This document shows positions 60,095 through 64,000 of a stretch of 64,000 bases of DNA, one piece after another. The notes under the pieces are model-generated. The model worked only from the letters and a program-made list of their open reading frames with translations, was not told the DNA's origin and did no database searches. The position numbers and the translations under genes are program-made. How positions within the stretch are numbered: the first letter of the stretch is position 1; every line of letters starts with the position of its first letter. The stretch covers positions 1,056,001 through 1,120,000 of the forward strand of contig CAVUVW010000013.1 in assembly GCA_963745035.1 (NCBI GenBank), read 5' to 3'. Origin of the DNA: an uncultured delta proteobacterium (GTDB lineage Bacteria > Desulfobacterota > Binatia > UBA9968).

Positions 60095-60175
60095 GCTTGC
60101 ATTGAGCACCGCTTGTACGCTCGTTCGATTTCAGGGAATTTTTGTCTATAATGGCGGACCGAAGGCGTTGATGAA

Positions 60176-61261
60176 ATGGATATGCAGTATCGAACCGACG
60201 ATCTCAGGATAAAGGAAATCAAAGAGCTGGCCTCGCCGTCGCAGGTGTTGGGCGATTTTCCCATTACCACGAAGGCGGCGCGCACCGTCTATGAAACACG
60301 CCACGCGATCCATCGGATTCTCCACGGCGCCGATGATCGTTTGTTGGTGATCGCCGGCCCGTGCTCGATCCACGACGTGAAGGCGGGCAAGGAATACGCC
60401 GCCAAGCTCGGCGAAGCCAAGGAGCGTTGGGCCGACGATCTTTTGATTGTGATGCGGGTCTATTTCGAAAAGCCGCGCACCACGGTGGGCTGGAAGGGCC
60501 TGATCAACGATCCCAATCTCGACGGCAGTTTTCGTATCAACGAGGGACTGCGCGTGGCGCGCCAGCTCTTGCTCGAATTGAACGAAGCCGGCATGCCCGC
60601 CGGCTCGGAATTTCTCGACATGATCACGCCGCAGTATATCGCCGACCTGGTGTCCTGGGGCGCCATCGGCGCGCGCACAACCGAGAGCCAGGTGCATCGC
60701 GAGTTGGCTTCCGGCCTTTCCTGCCCCGTCGGCTTCAAGAACGGCACCGACGGCAACGTGCGCATCGCCATGGACGCGATCCGCGCCGCCCAGGCGCCGC
60801 ATCATTTTCTTTCGGTCACCAAGGCGGGACATTCGGCCATCGTATCCACCGCCGGCAACGAGGATTGCCATATTATTCTGCGCGGCGGCAACCAGCCGAA
60901 TTACGATGCTGCCAGCGTCGATGCCACGGCGAAAAGTCTCGCCGAAGCGGGAATTCCGGCGCGCATTATGATCGACTGCAGCCACGGTAACAGCGGCAAA
61001 GATCCGGCCAAGCAGGTTGGCGCCGGGCGCAACGTCGCCGAACAAATCGCCGCCGGCGATTCGCGCATTTTCGGCATCATGGTGGAAAGCCATCTCAAAG
61101 CCGGCCGCCAGGATCTCATCCCGGGAAAAACGCTCACCTACGGCCAGAGCATCACCGACGCCTGCGTCGGCTGGGACGACACGCGCATTTTGATCGATGC
61201 GCTGGCTAACGCTGTGCGCCAGCGGCGGGCGAAAGCCGCCGCCAGCGGCGAATCCGAATAG
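60176..61261 (+). CDS. aroG: Class I (AroF/G/H-type) DAHP synthase
   Basis: GPCSIHD, MRVYFEKPRTTVGWKGLINDP, IGARTTESQVHRELASG, IDCSHGNS, GQSITDAC. Confidence 0.93.
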   Translation: MDMQYRTDDLRIKEIKELASPSQVLGDFPITTKAARTVYETRHAIHRILHGADDRLLVIAGPCSIHDVKAGKEYAAKLGEAKERWADDLLIVMRVYFEKPRTTVGWKGLINDPNLDGSFRINEGLRVARQLLLELNEAGMPAGSEFLDMITPQYIADLVSWGAIGARTTESQVHRELASGLSCPVGFKNGTDGNVRIAMDAIRAAQAPHHFLSVTKAGHSAIVSTAGNEDCHIILRGGNQPNYDAASVDATAKSLAEAGIPARIMIDCSHGNSGKDPAKQVGAGRNVAEQIAAGDSRIFGIMVESHLKAGRQDLIPGKTLTYGQSITDACVGWDDTRILIDALANAVRQRRAKAAASGESE

Positions 61262-61350
61262 CCGATCCAATCCACTCAAGCGATTGGGCTGTCGCCGGAA
61301 AAAATATTATGTCCTTCTTGGAATCGCCTTCGTTTGACAAAGTTAAAGTT

Positions 61351-61436
61351 CGTCATGCCGGCGAATGCCGGCATCCAGGTTCATTTCCGTTCACACTAAA
61401 AATGCGGTCTGGATTCCGGCTTACGCCGGAATGACG
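61351..61436. repeat. GTCAT-type REP doublet
   Basis: CGTCATGCCGGCGAATGCCGGCATCCAG ... CTGGATTCCGGCTTACGCCGGAATGACG. Confidence 0.78.
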
Positions 61437-61499
61437 GAAGCGTCTCCCACACTCGCCTCACGCTCTACTGCTGGGGCGGTCTAGGCGCAACATCGATCC

Positions 61500-62761
61500 A
61501 TGCTCACTAAACTCACCGGACTTTTTTACGGCTGGCGCATGGTGGCCGCCTCGGCGGCGGTGCGCCTGCTCGGCGCCGGTCTTCACAGCTACGGCTTTAC
61601 GGTTTTCTTTTTGCCGCTCAGCCAGGAGCTGAATCTTAGCCGGACCGCGACCTCCTTCGCGTTTTCCCTCGCGCGCGCCGAAGGCGCCATCGAAGGTCCC
61701 ATCGTCGGCCACATGCTTCATCGCTACGGCCCCCGTCCGGTGATGCTGGTCGCGGTGGCGCTCATGGGCGTCGGCTATCTCCTGCTTTCTCAAGCGACCA
61801 GCTACGTAACGTTCTTGATCGTCTACACGGGCCTTGATTTCTCTCGCCCACGCCGGCGGCTTCATGCATGCGCCGATGACCTTGACCAATACCTGGTTTA
61901 TTCGCTTGCGCGCCCGCGCCATGACGATCAACAGCGCGGCCTACGGTCTCGGCGGCGTGCTGCTCGCGCCGCTGCTCAGCGTGATCGTGCACTCCTGGGG
62001 CTGGCGCTGGGGCGCCGCGGCGGCGGGCATGGCGTTTCTGCTGATCGGCCTGCCGCTTGTGTCTGACGATTCGCAACTCGCCCGAGAGCATGGGCCTGCT
62101 GCCCGACGGAGAGACTCACCAGGCCGCTGCATCGAGCGGCAAACAAAGTCACCGCCCGGCGGTTGCCGAAGCCGAAGTCACCGCTAGTCAAGCCATACGC
62201 TCATTTGCTTTTTGGGCGCTCGTGTTCGGCGCGGGAGTCCGCAACGCGGCTTATCATGCGATCTCGACGCATTTCATTCCGCTCATGGTTTGGAAAGGCA
62301 TGAGCCAGCAGGAAGCCACTCTAATGCTGAGCGCGTTCGCCTTTCTCGGCTTTGCTTCCACGCTGATTTTCGGCTGGCTCGCCGACTCAATGAATAAGCC
62401 GCGCCTCGTTTCCTTCATTCTCTTCACTGCGGGAGTTTCGATTTGCTTTCTCATATTCGGCGATTCCATCCTGCCTTTGGGGATTTTTATTCTGCTCTTC
62501 ACCACGGTGGAAGCCACGTACCCCGTGGCTTGGGCGATGGTCGGCGATATTTTCGGCCGAAAACACTTCCCCAAAATTCGCGGTTACATGAGCGTATTTT
62601 ATGTTTGGGGAAGCGTTACCGGCCCGGTCATTGCCGGCGCGGTCTGGGACCGCTGGGAAAGTTACGAGCCGATGCTGTGGGGATTGGTGTTGATGTTTTT
62701 TCTTTCAGGAGCCTTCTACACCGTGCTCGGTAAACCTTGGGCGCGGCCGAAAAATACTTAA
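61500..62761 (+). CDS. MFS transporter, OFA/MCT-like (frameshifts near 61830 and 62058)
   Basis: FYGWRMV, GFTVFFLPL, WFIRLRARA, PESMGLLPDG, GWLAD, FGRKHF across three ORFs. Confidence 0.87.
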
Positions 62762-63265
62762 CGCCCGTTCAAAGTTCAATGTGCAAAGTCTGGCGATCGG
62801 GCATGAAGAGATCCCGCCTAGATTTGGAACGTTAAACATTCGTTTTGATTTGAAGCGTCGTTCAGTTCAATCTCGGCAATGATCTGGTTTTTATTGTTCG
62901 CCATACTAACATTATGCTGATCGGCCTTTGACGAAGGGTATGTTTTCACCAGCCTTCGATTTTCATGCTACTAACCCTTTGAGTTCTTCTCCGTTAGGTA
63001 CTTCTTCATAACAAGGCGCTTCTTTTGTCTCTTGCGCCTGTAGGTATTTTTTCGTGCGTCCTGCTTCAGGCTTCTTCTCCTTGTAAGCCGGCATAAACCG
63101 GCGGGTTGTTTGCGGGTGGGAGTCGCACGGCTAAGGGCTTGCGACCCATGCCGGCCTTGAGTCACGCGTGGCTGTCCGCAAGTTCAGCCACGCAGCGTTG
63201 ATAAAGGAACGTGCAGCCGCTTCGTCATCTATTCGTCCAAATGCCGCGACACCAAGACGCAATTG

Positions 63266-63739
63266 TCACTGTACCAACGGTACCGTAGCGGCAAGATCGT
63301 ACTTAATGACGGCTCGGATCTTGTTTTCAATTTGTAGATATCGCGCTACCTTCGTCGCTGGCAACGCCTTGTTTAGCTTCGGAACAGAGGAGCTTTTGAG
63401 CTTGACCTCAGCTTGCTCAATCGATAGGTACTCATCGGTCAGCTTCTTCGCTTTTTCGTCGGTCATCGATTTGTTCTTGTAGTCCGCCGCATAGCTATGC
63501 AGCGCCTGGATGAGGCGCTCGTTGATCTTCTGCAGATCCTTCTGATAGTCCTCGTAAATCGGCCAGAAATTCTTTGCCTCTGACTCTGTCAACTCCATGT
63601 TCGTCGCGACCAGAAGCTTCTTGTCTGCTTTAATCTTCTCGCGCAGAATCTGCATGTTGTCCGCCGGTTTGTCCTGCGTCAGCGCGGGCAATGGCACTAA
63701 GCCCAACAGCAATGCTATAGCTAAAATAGTCTGCCTCAC
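63266..63739 (-). CDS. Secreted helical hypothetical protein
   Basis: RBS GGGAGG before GTG; signal peptide; KKLLVATNMELTESEAKNFWPIYEDYQ...VARYLQIENKIRA. Confidence 0.8.
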   Translation of the reverse strand: MRQTILAIALLLGLVPLPALTQDKPADNMQILREKIKADKKLLVATNMELTESEAKNFWPIYEDYQKDLQKINERLIQALHSYAADYKNKSMTDEKAKKLTDEYLSIEQAEVKLKSSSVPKLNKALPATKVARYLQIENKIRAVIKYDLAATVPLVQ

Positions 63740-63894
63740 TGATTCGTCCTCCCTTATGCTGTAATTTCGGTATTGAGTTTTTATACTGGAGATTGAGTTG
63801 GATTTCCATATTTCACGTTCGATCGGGTAGAGATTCCTGACCAATTTGGTGTGGAAGCAAAATGTAAACACTTTGAGCCGGAACAGGCTACGGC

Positions 63895-63938
63895 GGAGCC
63901 ACCCGGCGGATTCGAACCGCCGACCTGCTGATTACGAA
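63895..63938 (-). tRNA. 3' half of tRNA-Thr(CGT) only; probable att site
   Basis: Minus strand TT-CGT-AA TCAGCAGGTC GGCGG TTCGAAT CCGCC GGGTGGCTCC; no D-arm or 5' acceptor stem upstream. Confidence 0.8.
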
Positions 63939-64000
63939 AAACAATAAAGAACTTGGCAACATAACTCAACCAGCGAAAAACCAGCAAAACTAGCGAGAAT

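Noticed and set aside
62971-63165. 64-aa basic ORF
   Set aside because: No clear RBS or recognisable motif, and an alternative short frame is equally plausible.

Overview
GC-rich bacterial chromosomal window. The gene content (many stand-alone NMT1/TctC-type solute-binding proteins, CoA-dependent catabolic enzymes, GTCAT-type palindromic repeats) suggests an uncultured Binatota/'Deltaproteobacteria'-like genome; this is inference only. Many genes, including housekeeping asnS, carry single-base (mostly +1) frameshifts, which points to long-read assembly error, so several ORF-track entries are split or falsely fused. Left to right: a TPP enzyme end, a degenerate Ser/Thr kinase plus lipoprotein, a poly-HAMP hybrid histidine kinase and partner kinase, an iron-sulfur flavoprotein, a DUF433/DUF5615-like toxin-antitoxin pair, a cupin, a PLD-VTT/EEP pair, an acyl-CoA catabolic cluster, an AraC regulator, benzoate-CoA ligase with a Liv-type ABC importer, a peroxiredoxin, ATP-dependent DNA ligase, asnS, a membrane SAM-methyltransferase, two MFS transporters and aroG. 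The right edge holds a 3' tRNA-Thr(CGT) fragment that looks like an integration (att) site. No CRISPR array, rRNA, intact tRNA, transposase or integrase was seen. No clearly new multi-gene system could be proven from sequence alone. The best leads are the probable pseudokinase-lipoprotein pair, four sigma-54-type promoters in front of uncharacterised envelope/small proteins, the short-unit inverted-repeat elements and the att-like tRNA fragment.
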